64,000 nucleotides of DNA, from assembly GCA_964016885.1 (NCBI GenBank), contig OZ024750.1, positions 37,076,001 to 37,140,000 on the forward strand. Direction: 5' to 3'. Origin of the DNA: Eledone cirrhosa (taxonomy: Eukaryota). Shown here piece by piece: positions 27,901-39,125 of the stretch (position 1 is the stretch's first letter; each line of letters starts with the position of its first letter). Below the pieces are notes generated by a model. It was given only the letters and a program-made list of their open reading frames with translations, made no database searches and was not told the DNA's origin. The position numbers were made by a program, and so were the translations under genes.

Positions 27901-30900
27901 TCCTTACGGGGTCGATAAAATAAAGTACCAGTAATGCACTGGGTAATTGCTGGCCTTGCGCCTAAAATAGAAACAATTATATCAAATCTATGAGATTTTG
28001 ATGTTATTTATTTATAACAATACCTTAACGTTAGTATGAGCAGCCAGTTACAGCCAGTTTGAACAGAAAGAGGTGAGAGAATTCTAGCCAGATATGGCCC
28101 TTTTAAATGCTGAAAGGTTAATCTCATTACAGAGCTGTTTGTTGATGTTAAATACATAAATAATAAGGACATTGCTAGGAGCAGCAACCTCTTATTTTTT
28201 TTTTACGTTGAGAGCAGAAGGGAGATAACTTATGTCATGCTTATAGTTTATTGCAAGGGTTAGAGCAGTGATCTCCAACCTTTTGTGCACCATGCCCCAC
28301 CTCAGCATCTCATGCCCCACTTTGGAGGTGAGACAGGAGTTCCTGGCAGTAATTTGTTCCAAAGGTGTAAAAGTAATAGGGTAAAATCTGGAGTTTGCTC
28401 TCATTAACATCATTTTCAAATTGCGCTCCACGTTAGGAATCACTGGGTTAGGGGTAATAAAGTATAAATCTGTAGGAGGAAGCGGGGCAGCCAATAGGGA
28501 AAGGTATCTAGTTACTATAATTTTTAGATTGTTTTAAATATAATCAAGAATTTGGAGACATTTAGTAATATAACTAATTTTATTCCATTGGTAGAGGGTT
28601 GGACGTCATGCTTTGATGCAAGAGTTACGGCCCTTGCCATCTGAGTTCAAATCCCGCCAAGGTTAACTTTGCCTTTCATCCTTACGGGGTCGATAAAATA
28701 AAATACCAGTAATGCACTGGGTAATTGCTGGCCTTGTGCCTAAAGTAACAACAATTATTTTAGCTGGTAGAGGGTCAGACGCCATGCTTTGAAGCATAGT
28801 TACGTCCCTTTATGATCTGAGTTCAAATCTCGCCGAGATTAACTTTGCCTTTCATCCTTGCGGGGTCGATAAAATAAAGTACCAGTAATGCACTGGATAA
28901 TTGCTGGCCTTGTGCCAAAAGAAGAAACAATTATTTTAGCTGGTGTTCAGAACATAACTTAACAAATGTTTTTACAGAAAATTATGTTTTAACTTGCAGG
29001 CTTCAACAGTTCCTGGACTTGATATTGAAATACTGAAACAATTTTGTTTTGAAGCTGTTTATATGAAAACTATTCTTACAAAAGGTTATCACTTTGACAG
29101 TTCTTCATGGAAATCACTTCATTTTAAAAAACAGGTCAGCACCTTTTTCTGAGCATTTTTCTCTTTTATTATCTTGGCGGTGGGTTGGCAGTATCGGTAG
29201 AGGGTCGGATGCCATGCTTAGCAGCATAGAGTTACGGCCCTTTAAGGTCTGAGTTGAAATCCCGGCGAGGTTAACTTTGCCTTTCATCCTTACGGGGTCG
29301 ATAAAATAAAGTACCAGTAATGCACTGATTATAATTGCTGGCTTTGTGCCGATTGTAGAAACAATTATCTTGATAATATTTAGAACTGTGGATTAGAAGA
29401 ATTATTAATGCATAAAACAAAATATTTTGCCATATCTGTTCCATCTCTTTACATTCTAAGTTCAAATCCTGCTGTGGTCAACTTTGTCCTTCATTGTTCC
29501 AGTCTCAATAAAATTAAGTAGCAGTCCAGTAGTACTGCCAATAAAAACAACTATACCCTTCCTCTATATTTGAAACCTTGTGCTTAAGCTCAAAATTATT
29601 TAAATGGTGGCAGATTGGAGTGGTGAACTTTATGGTATTTGTTCAGGCATTTTGTGTTTTAACCCTTCAGTCACAAATAATCATGGGATTTGAACCTAGG
29701 AAATTCCCCTCTGAGGTTCAAATCCAAGCAAGGTTGCCTGTGCAAGAGCAGCAGTTGTCCATGTATACCAGCCTCCTGCTCTCCATGCCACTGATGTGGG
29801 AAAGGCAAAGGCTGATACAGCTTGGCACCAGTGACATCACAACTCATTTCTACAGCTGAGTGAACTGGAGCAATGTGAAATAAAGTGTCTTGCTCAAGAA
29901 CATAACACAAAGCCCCGTCTGGGAATTGAACTCACAACCTCATAATTGTAAGCCCGACGCTCTAATCACTATGCCATGCGGTATTACTCTACATTTACTA
30001 TTATATTTTCATGGTAAAGGCTTTATCTCACATAATATCGAATCTATGAGATTTTGATATCATTCATTTTGAGAACAATACCTTAACATCAGTATAAGTG
30101 GCTGGTTACAGCTGGTTTGAACAGAACGAGGGGAGAGAATCCTGGCCGGATACAGCTGTTTTAAATGATAAAAGGTTAAATTGGAATCAACCAAGATCAA
30201 CTTTATTTTATCAATCCTGGAAGGATGAAAGGCAAAGTCATGTGTTAGGACCAAACTATTTAACTAACTCCTGCCCTCAAATTTCTAGCTTCGTACCTAT
30301 ATCATAAATGAATATTATGATAAGAAGGAATCAGAAGTGGTGATAGAGTTGAGTAATTAAGACATTGGGATCCCTAACCATGGATTACTACTATTAATTT
30401 GCTGCTGCCATTTTCACAGATACCATAGCATCTGAATTAAGATTAAGGTTCAATATTTAAGATGTTGATGTGAGAAATATCCTTAAAGCCAGGAACTTTT
30501 CAAAAGCCCGGTATTATTCATAATAATCAGTCATAGATATATTCACTATATAAGTACTATAAACTTAATAAATTTACAAGAAAAATTTACTATTTAATTT
30601 TCATATTAATAAGACAAAATTGCATACAACACACACACACACACACTAACTGCCTTTCATCCTTACGGGGTCAATAAAATAAAGTACCAGTAATGCACTG
30701 GGGTAATTGTTGGCCTTGTGCCAAAAGTAGAACCATATATATATGTATGTCAATACTCATCTTTTTCCATTTCTCCGAGGGTTCTTAACCCCACTCATCA
30801 TCATCATCATCACCGTTTTACGTCCGTTCTTCCACGCTAGCATGGGTTAGACGGGTTGTCCTGTTGTGGGCAGTGTCTGGTCGGCTGACCATGCCTTGCT

Positions 30901-31615
30901 CATACAGGAACTGATCTGGCTTGATTTCTACAGCTGGATGCCCTTCCTAACACCAACCTCATTTACAGTGAGTGCTGGGTGCTTTTTCGTGGCGCCTACA
31001 CGTCCACTTTACAGTGTGGGCTGGGTGCTTTTTTGCCGTGGCACCTCCACGACCACCTTGAGGTGGGGGGGGGGGGGGGCATATTGTTTATATGCTTCAG
31101 CATGTACCCATGGGAGGTCGGGTACCCTGTATTACTGCGTGACGCCAGAAGTCACGGTCGTGTGTCATTGACTTTGAGAGGTCGTGTGTCATTGACTATC
31201 AGGCTAAATAATTTCTTTAATTTCTTTAGTCAAAATACGGCGATAGCTTACATTTCTAATAATTTCAAACCAACTCGGTGTTTCGAAAATATCCTTACAT
31301 ATATATATGTATATATATATGTGTGTATGTGTGTGTGTGTATATATATTTGTTTATGAATCTGTTGTAAATTCTAATTTCGTTATTTCAGGTTGCTGGCA
31401 CTGATATAAGTTGGACTCTAGGATTTATGCTTTACACCAGCAATGATATTCCACCTGAGAATTCTAGTTTAGACAAAACTACATTTATCTTTCTAGTTAT
31501 ACTTTTTATAATATTTATTTTCCTCTCAGTAGGATTGGCAGTGGTTGCCAGAAAAGAACCTCCAGTACAAAATCATGACAAATTAACAGATTATGGGTCA
31601 ACAAATGTGGCTTAA
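4514..31615 (+). CDS. ENTPD1: Ectonucleoside triphosphate diphosphohydrolase (CD39/GDA1 family, cell-surface NTPDase1/2/3/8-like). 10 coding exons, 1569 nt, 522 aa: join(4514..4642,7384..7501,8336..8486,10138..10309,14268..14501,15323..15454,17227..17379,23473..23592,29000..29134,31391..31615)
   Basis: Hand-spliced at GT-AG sites with compatible phases (0,1,2,0,0,0,0,0,0) into one open frame. Contains ACR1 DAGSSHT, ACR2 ATAGMRLL, ACR3 GSEEGTFSWITANYL, ACR4 DLGGASTQ, ACR5 SWTLG and hydrophobic TM segments at both ends. The family call is firm. Exact orthology among ENTPD1/2/3/8 cannot be resolved, so the symbol is approximate. Confidence 0.93.
4685..5035. mobile_element. hAT-type MITE
   Basis: Perfect 15-bp TIR CAGTGGTCGCCAACC/GGTTGGCGACCACTG and perfect 8-bp TSD CATTAGAT (4677-4684, 5036-5043). 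Confidence 0.92.
5353..5928 (+). mobile_element. RTE-clade LINE 3' fragment
   Basis: GRPRKTW C-terminal motif, then 3' UTR and (GAT)n tail. Homologous to 13550-14233. Confidence 0.85.
6765..7330. repeat. 22-bp minisatellite (TCTCTAAAATACAAACATATAT) x about 25
   Basis: Contiguous near-perfect tandem units. Confidence 0.95.
7384..7501 (+). CDS. ENTPD1: NTPDase exon 2 (ACR1)
   Basis: cag|YSLVFDAGSSHTALYIYTW...KTK|gt. Not in the ORF track, read from the sequence. Confidence 0.93.
7598..7818. mobile_element. piggyBac-type MITE
   Basis: TTAA|CCCTTTAGCATTTA...TAAATGGTAAAGGG|TTAA. Related copies at about 9262-9472, 17401-18038, 21965-22238, 27324-27538, 27667-28121 (SINE nested), 29985-30180. Confidence 0.8.
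7905..8280. repeat. GGT-rich compound micro/minisatellite with poly-G
   Basis: (GGT/AGT/TGT/TCT)n low-complexity run. Confidence 0.9.
8336..8486 (+). CDS. ENTPD1: NTPDase exon 3 (ACR2)
   Basis: ttcag|(A)NGIHHFSTNPDLAG...IYLGATAGMRLL|gttagt. Not in the ORF track. Confidence 0.93.
10138..10309 (+). CDS. ENTPD1: NTPDase exon 4 (ACR3)
   Basis: ttgcag|...VRILNGSEEGTFSWITANYLKGNLGL|gtaagt. Confidence 0.93.
11381..12281 (+). mobile_element. Internally deleted mariner (Tc1/mariner) element with long inverted termini
   Basis: TA flanks, about 103-bp inverted ends. Transposase remnants: DDPRSGR HTH region, KMVPKLL, TGDESWIFEYDPE fused to GTRFEDVDDIK...KCIRL*GDYFEG. Frameshifts and stops present. Confidence 0.92.
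12595..12778 (+). repeat. Long-hairpin element, copy 1
   Basis: About 50-bp-arm hairpin at 12595-12696, followed by ACTCTACTACCGTAAGTATTGAGTACTCTG shared with 23388-23418. Confidence 0.75.
12803..14233 (+). mobile_element. 5'-truncated RTE-clade LINE (RT C-terminus with Cys-rich PHD-like insert, 3' UTR, (GAT)n tail)
   Basis: GLKINLAKTK, KWPCSVC...CPKC..WVHKRC...CGRC, FRYLG, HGSETW, GRPRKTW. Frameshifted. Confidence 0.92.
14268..14501 (+). CDS. ENTPD1: NTPDase exon 5 (ACR4)
   Basis: ttgtag|KIDSSLPYMVEKTSTYGALDLGGASTQMTF...VYTHSYLCYG...KLVL|gtgagt. Confidence 0.93.
15323..15454 (+). CDS. ENTPD1: NTPDase exon 6
   Basis: cacag|DQSKNSS...NPCMLNG...HPCAYVLPGIK|gtatac. A phase-0 donor is required by the next exon. 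Confidence 0.85.
15615..15935 (+). mobile_element. CR1/L2-type LINE 3' end
   Basis: TRGH.HK...FF..RV..WN.LP..VV...SFK C-terminal motif and (ATT)n tail. A short inverted copy lies at about 17824-17958. Confidence 0.8.
15996..16360. mobile_element. Degenerate mariner-type MITE with internal duplication
   Basis: TA-flanked imperfect TIRs CAAGGGTGGACTGAACAGTTCATAGGCTGAC / GTCAGAGTATGAACTTTTCAGCC. An internal block of about 175 bp is repeated twice. Confidence 0.55.
17227..17379 (+). CDS. ENTPD1: NTPDase exon 7
   Basis: ttttag|LADSYTFIGTGDFEMCQ...LFNFTECPYGNNCSFNKVYQP...FY|gtaagt. The GTG..C and CSFN.VYQP motifs are typical of the family. Confidence 0.92.
18190..19259 (-). mobile_element. 5'-truncated RTE-clade LINE
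   Basis: GVHQGSILSPLLF, ELLYADDLVL, WVHKRC, FRYLG, WYGHV, GRPRKTW in frameshifted ORFs. Confidence 0.92.
19362..21272 (+). CDS. PLE reverse transcriptase + GIY-YIG endonuclease (5'-truncated, uninterrupted)
   Basis: YGLRKDHK, RPV, SMDVVSLYPSI, Q.EG.AIG, RYVDD, LPVLD, Cys-rich linker, VVYSIRC...YIGETAR, H...H, E. Confidence 0.9.
   Translation: MYGLRKDHKTVDDPTTGPPTRPVCGANIASNYRISYFLSMVIRPIIKMSPDVCESTEDLLSRISECNKNRSLSNCIIGSMDVVSLYPSINIDFAVKRCVEMIIESEVEFCDVDTDELGLLLRLTYDTDYLDSHDLRCFCPSRPIRGRPPTITSMAKKTPIGRWIGWTKAIRTPQNTDQVRKMVAHAIGASIKTTLKGHIFKFNEKIYTQNEGAAIGVSIAGDVANLFMVWWERRLKDLLNESSIDLIMYSRYVDDINIVIRTPPLESTNKFDLERSTMESIQQIANSIHQSITVTIDFPSKHPNNRLPVLDTELWINTIDERAQILHSHYAKPMASKYLILKNSAMSSSAKFNILIADLVRVMKNVSSMCDPTEMEGHIQHFINRMQFSGYNQRDRVRVYEGAMEKYKTLIELDMKGICPLYRSKSWNSLDRARHKIGKATSWYDNQRYQSVMFVDATPGGKLANQCRKALRKTHLKIKVVEKPGTTIKSLISKTYPFKKTHCTNRKCIICKVNPRINCKTRNVVYSIRCTEGTCRNMTTTYIGETARSMGERIDQHWGELKGRKNGSVLYEHARQQHDGNIDNIEIRIISKHRNDPADRQIREASEIEIRRPKLNRENEWNNNNTQTNNTDLREV
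21525..21570 (+). ncRNA. Hammerhead-like core in PLE 3' region
   Basis: CTGACGA-T-GTTGCA-GATG-TGCAAC-GAAA (perfect 6-bp stem II). Stems I and III are ambiguous. Confidence 0.55.
22380..23262. repeat. CAC-rich tract with 54-bp minisatellite
   Basis: Unit CACCACCACAATACCAACACTCCACCATTACCACT(G/A)CACACCACCACACAACCAC repeated about 10 times. Confidence 0.92.
23267..23418 (+). repeat. Long-hairpin element, copy 2
   Basis: Imperfect hairpin at 23267-23379 plus the conserved tail shared with copy 1. Confidence 0.75.
23473..23592 (+). CDS. ENTPD1: NTPDase exon 8
   Basis: ttgcag|AFSTYYYIVNFLNL...WCRLPWSE|gtaagt. Confidence 0.92.
23693..24072. repeat. 22-bp minisatellite (TGTAACATTAC(T/C)TGATAAAGTG) x about 17
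   Basis: Contiguous tandem units. Confidence 0.95.
24667..25302 (+). mobile_element. RTE-clade LINE 3' fragment
   Basis: KFRELLPLL, HGSETW, LRWYGHV, GRPKKTW, then the 3' UTR shared with SINE family 2. Confidence 0.9.
25317..25592. mobile_element. Degenerate foldback/MITE-like element
   Basis: Imperfect inverted arms of about 85 bp (TTTACATGTATTTAGTT...CGTTTCGCAGAG / CTCTGTGAAAC...AACTAAATACATGTAAA), TA flanks. Confidence 0.6.
25825..26150 (-). mobile_element. RTE-clade LINE AP-endonuclease fragment
   Basis: IDVCCVQETRW, GGVGILL, IISAYA.Q.G motifs. Confidence 0.85.
28266..28445. mobile_element. hAT-type MITE (degenerate)
   Basis: CAGTGATCTCCAAC...GTTAGGAATCACTG with 8-bp near-TSD GGTTAGAG/GGTTAGGG. 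Confidence 0.7.
29000..29134 (+). CDS. ENTPD1: NTPDase exon 9
   Basis: ttgcag|ASTVPG...FCFEAVYMKTILTKGYHFDSSSWKSLHFKKQ|gtcagc. Confidence 0.92.
31391..31615 (+). CDS. ENTPD1: NTPDase exon 10 (ACR5, C-terminal TM helix, stop)
   Basis: tttcag|VAGTDISWTLGFML...FIFLVILFIIFIFLSVGLAVVA...DYGSTNVA*. Confidence 0.92.
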   Translation, partial: VAGTDISWTLGFMLYTSNDIPPENSSLDKTTFIFLVILFIIFIFLSVGLAVVARKEPPVQNHDKLTDYGSTNVA

Positions 31616-31617
31616 TC

Positions 31618-31639
31618 AATAAAAACAGATTTTAATAAA
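31618..31639 (+). promoter_or_regulatory. Candidate polyadenylation signals
   Basis: AATAAA at 31618 and 31634, just after the stop and followed by a T/GT-rich tract. The AT-rich context weakens this. Confidence 0.35.
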
Positions 31640-32155
31640 TAGTTTTTAACTGTCTTAGTTTTTTTGTGTAAATATTATCCATTATTTTGGATTGGCAGTA
31701 TCGGTAGAGGGTCGGACACCATGCTTTGCAGCAAAGAGTTACGGCCCTTTAAGGTCTGAGTTCAAATCCCGCCGAGGTTCACTTTGCCTTTCATCCTTAC
31801 GGGGTCGATAAAATAAAGTATCAGTAATACACTGGGATAAATTCTGGCCTTGTGCCAAAAGTAGAAACAATTATTTTATTTTAAAATGTTATGTTTTTGA
31901 AAATCATAAAATCATTTTAAAACTTTATTTTAAAACTTTCAGGTGCTTTCATTAAAAAAAGAACATTCACTATTCTGTCTAGCAATCTCTCTTTCTCTCT
32001 CTCTCTATATCATCATCATCATCATCATCATCACCGTTTTACGTGTTCTTCCATACTAGCATGGGTTAGATGGGTTGTCCTGTTGTGGGCAGTGTCTGGT
32101 CGGCTGACCATGCCTTGCTCATACATATATATCAATGATATTAATAAATGGAAAC

Positions 32156-32216
32156 TATTCTATTATATATATTGCTAGAGTACCAAAACTTTGGTACGCT
32201 CTCATCAGATAAAATA
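32156..32216 (-). ncRNA. Degenerate hammerhead (GAAA>GCAA) in pLTR-like fragment
   Basis: Homologous to 2194-2254. CTGATGA, stem I and stem II are retained. Confidence 0.5.
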
Positions 32217-34398
32217 CAAAGTTTGTTTTATAAATATTGACCTATCCAGGAAGGAGATCTTAACGGTTCAAGTTTTTCCTGGATATATATGTATCATCAT
32301 CATCATCATCATCATTTTATGTCCACTTTTCCCTGCTCGTCAAACCTGTGTCTGTGCATAGAGTGCTTGATTTGGTACCAACACCATACTATCTACACTA
32401 TATATATATGTATGTATATATATATATATATGGAGGCACATGGCTTAGTGGTTAGAGCATTGGCCTTGCAATCAAAAGGTTGTGAGTTCAATTCTCAGAC
32501 CGGGTGATGTGTTGTTTCCTTGAGCAAGACACTTTATTTCACATTGCCCCAGTTTACTCAGCTGTAGAAATGAGATGATAGGGACTGGGGTCCATATCAT
32601 TCCACTGCAAAGTGGTCGTGGAGGTGCCACGGCAAAAAAGCACCCAGCACTCACTGTAAATGAGGTTGGTGTTAGGAAGGGCATTAAGCTGTAGAAATCA
32701 AGCCAGAATCAGTTCCCGTCCCACCCTTGCAAGCAGGGAAAAAGCGGACGTAAAATGAAATGATGACGATGATATGGAGGTACGTGGCCTACTGGTAAGA
32801 GTGTTGGACTTATGATCATAATGTCGTGGGTTCGATTCCTGGGCTGCGTGTTGTGTTCTTGAGCAAAACACTTCATTTCACGTTGCTCCAGTATACTCAG
32901 CTGAAAATGAGTACCAGCAATAGCTGGAGGTTTAACCCTGCGATGGACTGGCGTCCTGTCCATGGGAGAGTCTTGTACTTTCAGTCGCTTCACACCATGA
33001 AACCGGGATAAGCACCGGCGAAATGAGCCTTCTGGCTTAAGACAGACTTTAGAATTTTTAGATATATATACATATAAACACACACATATACACCACCTAT
33101 ATATATTTGTAAACACACACACACATCTCTCTCTCTCTCTGTATATATTTAGATATATATATATATCAGAGTTTTGTAGCTTGCTTGAAGAGACAAATTC
33201 AAGTTGGAATAAAGATGCACTTTTTATTGATACCTTTTGCCTAGGATTTGAAATAGCAGCACCATGCGTTTTCCATGCAGTTTTTAGTTTGGTGAGGCTC
33301 TCCGGATATCTGCAAGTATATTGTTCCATATACTATTTGGAATAGTTTGAAATACAGGAGTGATATCATCATCATCATCATCATCATCATCACCGTTTTA
33401 CGTTCGTTCTTCCATGCTAGCATGGGTTAGACGGGTTGTCCTGTTGTGGGCAGTGTCTGGTCGGCTGACCATGTCTTGCTCATACAGGAACTGATTTTGG
33501 CTTGATTTCTACAGCTGGATGCCCTTCCTAACACCAACCTCATTTACAGTGAGTGCTGGGTGCTTTTTCCGTGGCGCCTATGATATATTGGTGCCAATGG
33601 TAGCACAGGGATCTGGTTAACCAATGTGCATCAATACTCATATTTTTCAATTTATCATATTTTTTAGGGGTTTCTAAACCCCATCAGGCTAACATTTCTT
33701 TAGTAAAAAAAAATATGCTGAGACCTATTTCAATTTATATATATATATATTATATAATATACAAGATATATATATCATCATCATCTAACTGAAATCATTG
33801 GAAACAATTAGTTGACATATATTCCTGATGGAACAATCTGGACTAAGAACTAAAGAGCTATACATACCAGGTTATCACTATATATCTATTCAGTACACAC
33901 AATATATATATATATATATATATGTGTGCGTTTCTTTCTCCATCTCTCTCTCTGTATACACACACATATATATATATATATATATGTAAATATATATATG
34001 TATATATAAGTAAATATATATATATATATATCTGTAAACATATATATATATATGTAAACATATATATATATATATATATATGTAAACATATATATATATA
34101 TATGTAAACATATATGTATATATGTATATATATGTAAACATGTATATGTATATATATGTAAACAGAAATATGTATATATATGTAAACATGTATATGTATA
34201 TATATATAAACATATATATATATATATATATATGTAAACATATATATGTATATATATATGTATATATATATGTAAATATATATATGTATACATATATATG
34301 TATATATATATATGTAAACATATATATGTATATATATATATGTAAACATATATATGTATATATATATATGTATATATATATATATGTATATATATATG

Positions 34399-34461
<63 letters not shown>

Positions 34462-34532
34462 GTATATATATATGTATATATATATATATATGTATATATA
34501 TATGTATATATATATATATGTATATATATATG

Positions 34533-34563
<31 letters not shown>

Positions 34564-34564
34564 G

Positions 34565-34595
<31 letters not shown>

Positions 34596-34708
34596 GTATA
34601 TATATATATGTATATATATATGTATATATATATATATATGTATATATAAAATATTTAAAAAATAATGAATAAAACAATGAAACAGTTCCTTATATTAAAT
34701 AAAAAAAG

Positions 34709-34861
34709 TTCATTATTTAACGATCGTTTCTAGGACATATATGTGTTAGAATTGGTATGCATATTCAACAGATCTATGTACAAAATTATACAAAATTATA
34801 CAAATTATCAAATATAATATACATACCAACACATACATATGCCGTCTTCAGAAATAATGAA
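34709..34861 (-). ncRNA. Type-I hammerhead with long stem II (inverted pLTR copy)
   Basis: Reverse complement of 41733-41885. Confidence 0.75.
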
Positions 34862-35385
34862 ATATATTTATTGATAATAACAACAATTCAAAATTACAGG
34901 TCTGTTTGGGAACAGAGTTCAAATTGACCAATGAAATACACAAAAATATATCAAGAAAATACAGTTAGGTGTGTGTATATATGTAAGTAACTTCGTTCAC
35001 AGATATGCATAAAAATATATGTTCACATGCATACGCATGTCGAAAAAATGTATGTAAATACAAAAATTCAGGGCTAATGTCTCTGTATGTTTATAATCTA
35101 CAGATAAAATACACATACGCATATAAACATATATAGATTCATATATACACACATATATATACACACATTCACACACACACGCGCATATACACATAAACAT
35201 ACACATACCCACCCTCTTGGTAGATTTATCTACATAATTTGCTCCTATTTTCACGGAAATATTCGTATTTGTGTACTGTATGTGTGTGTTAATTTTATAT
35301 TTATGTATATACATATATATGTATGATTTTATAACCCCATATACATTTAGTTGAGCTCTTTCTATTGTCCATCATCCATATCACA

Positions 35386-37805
35386 ATGGAAAAACAATAC
35401 TTGTGAACCTCTTTAAAGAATATACCAATACCTTCTAAGGATGACTTCTTACTCCTTATGATACAGAAAACTAACCAATTTATCAGAAGAGTTAGATGGA
35501 GGGCCTACCACTTCGATAAAAAATCTAAATATGCAGATAGGAAATATATGTATGATTTCAATACTTACAAGAATCCACCACACAACTCTCTACTTGAAGA
35601 CTTTGAGAAAGACCTTTTTAATTTAATTAAACACCTCAAATTTAAAAAGTATAAATCTGTCTTTCAAAAGGACCTTGATTCTACCCTTTTGGACCTAAAA
35701 AAGTCTAAAAAAATCCATGTCCACTCGGATAAAACAGGAAACTTGTATCACATGGATATTGAAGATTATAATGAGTTCATATATAAAGAACTCAGGAAAA
35801 ACTATAAAAAATCTAATAATGCGTCACTCACCAATATCAACAACAAAACACACAACATAGTAAAAAAAACTAAACATTGAAGATAGAACTGAACCTTTGG
35901 CATTGAAAAGACCACACTTTAACCTGAAGGATCATAAATCAAACTTTAACTCAAATCCTTCTATAAGACTTATATGTCCCTCCAAATCTGATATTGGAAT
36001 AATTAGCAAAAAAATTTTGGATAGAGTCATCCCACAAATAAGAAAACATGTTAATTTACCACTCTGGGAAAACACTTCCCAGGTAATTAACTGGTTTAAA
36101 AATATTAGATGTAAATCTTCTGCTTCATTTCTACAATTTGATATAGATAATTACTATTCTTCTATATCACCTATACTCCTGAGCAAAGCTTTGATATTTG
36201 CTAAAAATAGATCTAACTTAACTTTGGATGACATTAATATTATTACACATGCTAGACTAACACTTATTGAATTTCAGAATGAATACTGAACCAGAAACAC
36301 ATATAGTAATCTATTTGATATTACTATGGGTTCAAGCGAATCTGCCCAAATTACTGATCTTTTTAACATAAATGCTTCCTTTCCCCACCTTAAAGGTGGT
36401 TTATATCGTGATGACTGTCTTCTTCTTTCCAACAACCTTAGCCTCTCAAAAATAGAAAAAAACAAAAAGCTTATTAGAACTTTCCTTAAAGACTAGTATA
36501 GTCTTCATATTACTTTTGAAAACACAAGTAAAGTAGTTAATTTCCTAGATATAACTTTAGACTTAGCTACGGGTATCTACCAACCTTACCATAAACCCAA
36601 CCAAAACTTACACTACATACACTCACAATCTAATCACCCTAAATCTATCCTTAAAAACCTTGCATATAATATATCACTTAGAATTTCTAACCTTTCATCT
36701 AACCAAGATGTATTTGATAAAAATGCGACCTTCTATAACGAAGCTCTAGATAGAAGTGGCCACAAAAATAGATTAGAATATATACCTTCTACTAAAAATA
36801 CTATAAACATACAACCTAATATTACCAACAAACACCAAATGAAAAGTACACACCTAAATGCCACCCACACTATACCCCAAAATACCAACAACTCCTCTAA
36901 TATAAAGTATAGTAATTCTCAAAAAACTACTCATCATACAACTCTAATAAATGTTAACAATAAAACTCCTAATAAACATGATAAAACACCTAAATCAATA
37001 AATCTAACTAAAAATGTGCGTGGTGATGTCATTAACATTAATCCTCCTAGTAAACATCACGATACAACCTATAAAAATAATAAACAACATAGAAACCGTA
37101 ATAGACGAGTTACTTGGTATAATGCTCCATTTAATTTACAAATTAAGGATAATATTGCTAAAAAATTTTTTTATATCCTAGAGAAAAACTTCCCGCCAAA
37201 CCACAAATACCATCAAATCTTAAATAGGTCAACAGTTAAATTCTCATACTCAACAACCAAAAACATAAAACAAAATATAAGTGCCTATAATGCATATAAA
37301 TGTAAAAAAACCATAAGTATACCACCAATACATCAAACTAACCATAATATCTCCTCAAATACAGAATTAACGAAAGGTTGTAACTGTAGAAACAAAGCAA
37401 ACTGCCCATTAAAAGGAAATTGTCTTGTTAACAACATAGTTTATAAATGTAATGTTAAAACTAAAGATTCTATTTGCTCATATATAGGAGCTACTTCTAA
37501 CAATTTTAAGGTAAGGTTTAATACCCACAAACATAGTTTTAAAAATGCCGCACTGGCTAATACAACATCTCTAGCAGAAAAAAATTAATAGTTATAGAAA
37601 TAAGAATATAGAATATGGTATGACCTGGAGTGTGCTCAAAAGAGCCACCCCTTATCAAAATAATAGAAATGAATGTAGATTATGTTCCCAAGAACTATTT
37701 GAAATAATGAAATCTAAGGATATCCTATTAAATAAGCGACAGGAATTAATTATATCGTGTAATCATAAACTGAGAAAAACATTTAAATATTATAAACCTA
37801 AATAA
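35386..37805 (+). pseudogene. PLE RT/GIY-YIG ORF with stops and frameshifts
   Basis: SLKNIP, RRVRWRA, DKTGN, LKDHK, RLICP.KSDIG, FDIDNYYSSI, FDITMGS, GLYRDD, FLDI, CNC...CPL.GNC, IVYKC...YIG, C.LC..E. Confidence 0.9.
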
Positions 37806-38458
37806 TAATATATATTTTAGAAATTTAGAAATTAATATATAATTTAATTTAAATGTAGATAACCTATAAATTTAATTTAATTAAATTTCTAATACATATG
37901 AGATAAAAAATATTGTGTAATCATAAATAGTGAAAAACTTTAAAATATTATTAACATAATTAATATATACTTTGTAAATTAATTTATAGATTAATTTTAG
38001 TTTATTTAACCTTTTATTAAAATTCCTTTATAGATGAAATATAACAAAATATCGTGTAATCAATAACAGAGAAATATTTTTTAATATTATAAACCTAATT
38101 AATGTACAATTTAGAAACTTATTTATAAATTAATTTTAATTTAGTTAACCTATAATTTTAATTTAATTAGCTTAAAATTAAAATTCCAATACAGATGGAT
38201 TGCAGAATATCATGTAATCATAAACTGAGATAAATTTTTAAATATATACCTAATTAATATATTCTTTACAATTAAAAAAAAAAATATATATATATATTTT
38301 GGATTTAATGCTCTGAAATAGCGATATATATGTGAAGACAAACATAGAATATTCGAAAATATTCTGTATGTTTATAATAAACATTTTGAAGAACCAATCG
38401 CTATAGAATAGAATACGTCACGTATTACAATTTGAGATTCTCGATAAAAACAAGGGAA

Positions 38459-38501
38459 GTAATCTACGCGTTTCATTCTTATTAGAAATCATCAGGACTA
38501 C
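38459..38501 (-). ncRNA. Minimal type-I hammerhead ribozyme
   Basis: GTAGTC-CTGATGA-T-TTCT-AATA-AGAA-T-GAAA-CGCG-TA-GATTAC. Confidence 0.85.
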
Positions 38502-38770
38502 ATATCCAATGCTTTTATCGAGAACGACACAGCTAGAGACTTATAGAATACTTAGCTGTGTACAGGAACTGGTTTGAAAGAGCGGTAGCCGGTCCGGCAG
38601 AAATTAGAATTTGGATTTAATGCTCTGAAATAGCGATATATATGTGAAGACAAACATAGAATATTCGAAAATATTCTGTATGTTTATAATAAACATTTTG
38701 AAGACCCAATCGCTATAGAATAGAATACGTCACGTATTACAATTTGAGATTCTCGATAAAAGCAAGGGAA

Positions 38771-38813
38771 GTAATCTACGCGTTTCATTCTTATTAGAAA
38801 TCATCAGGACTAC
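38771..38813 (-). ncRNA. Minimal type-I hammerhead ribozyme
   Basis: Identical to the previous unit, 312 bp away. Confidence 0.85.
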
Positions 38814-39082
38814 ATATCCAATGCTTTTATCGAGAACGACACAGCTAGAGACTTATAGAATACTTAGCTGTGTACAGGAACTGGTTTGAAAGAGCGGTAG
38901 CCGGTCCGGCAGAAATTAGAATTTGGATTTAATGCTCTGAAATAGCGATATATATGTGAAGACAAACATAGAATATTCGAAAATATTCTGTATGTTTATA
39001 ATAAACATTTTGAAGACCCAATCGCTATAGAATAGAATACGTCACGTATTACAATTTGAGATTCTCGATAAAAGCAAGGGAA

Positions 39083-39125
39083 GTAATCTACGCGTTTCAT
39101 TCTTATTAGAAATCAGCAGGACTAC
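39083..39125 (-). ncRNA. Hammerhead with core mutation (CTGCTGA)
   Basis: The + strand reads tcagcag instead of tcatcag. Confidence 0.7.

Noticed and set aside
28447-28453. TTAGGG telomere-like motif
   Set aside because: Single occurrence forming the hAT MITE target-site duplication.
36287-36289. In-frame TGA in the PLE RT as possible selenocysteine recoding
   Set aside because: Aligns to Trp in the intact paralogue (KLWTR), and the ORF also has a TAG stop and frameshifts. Simple decay.
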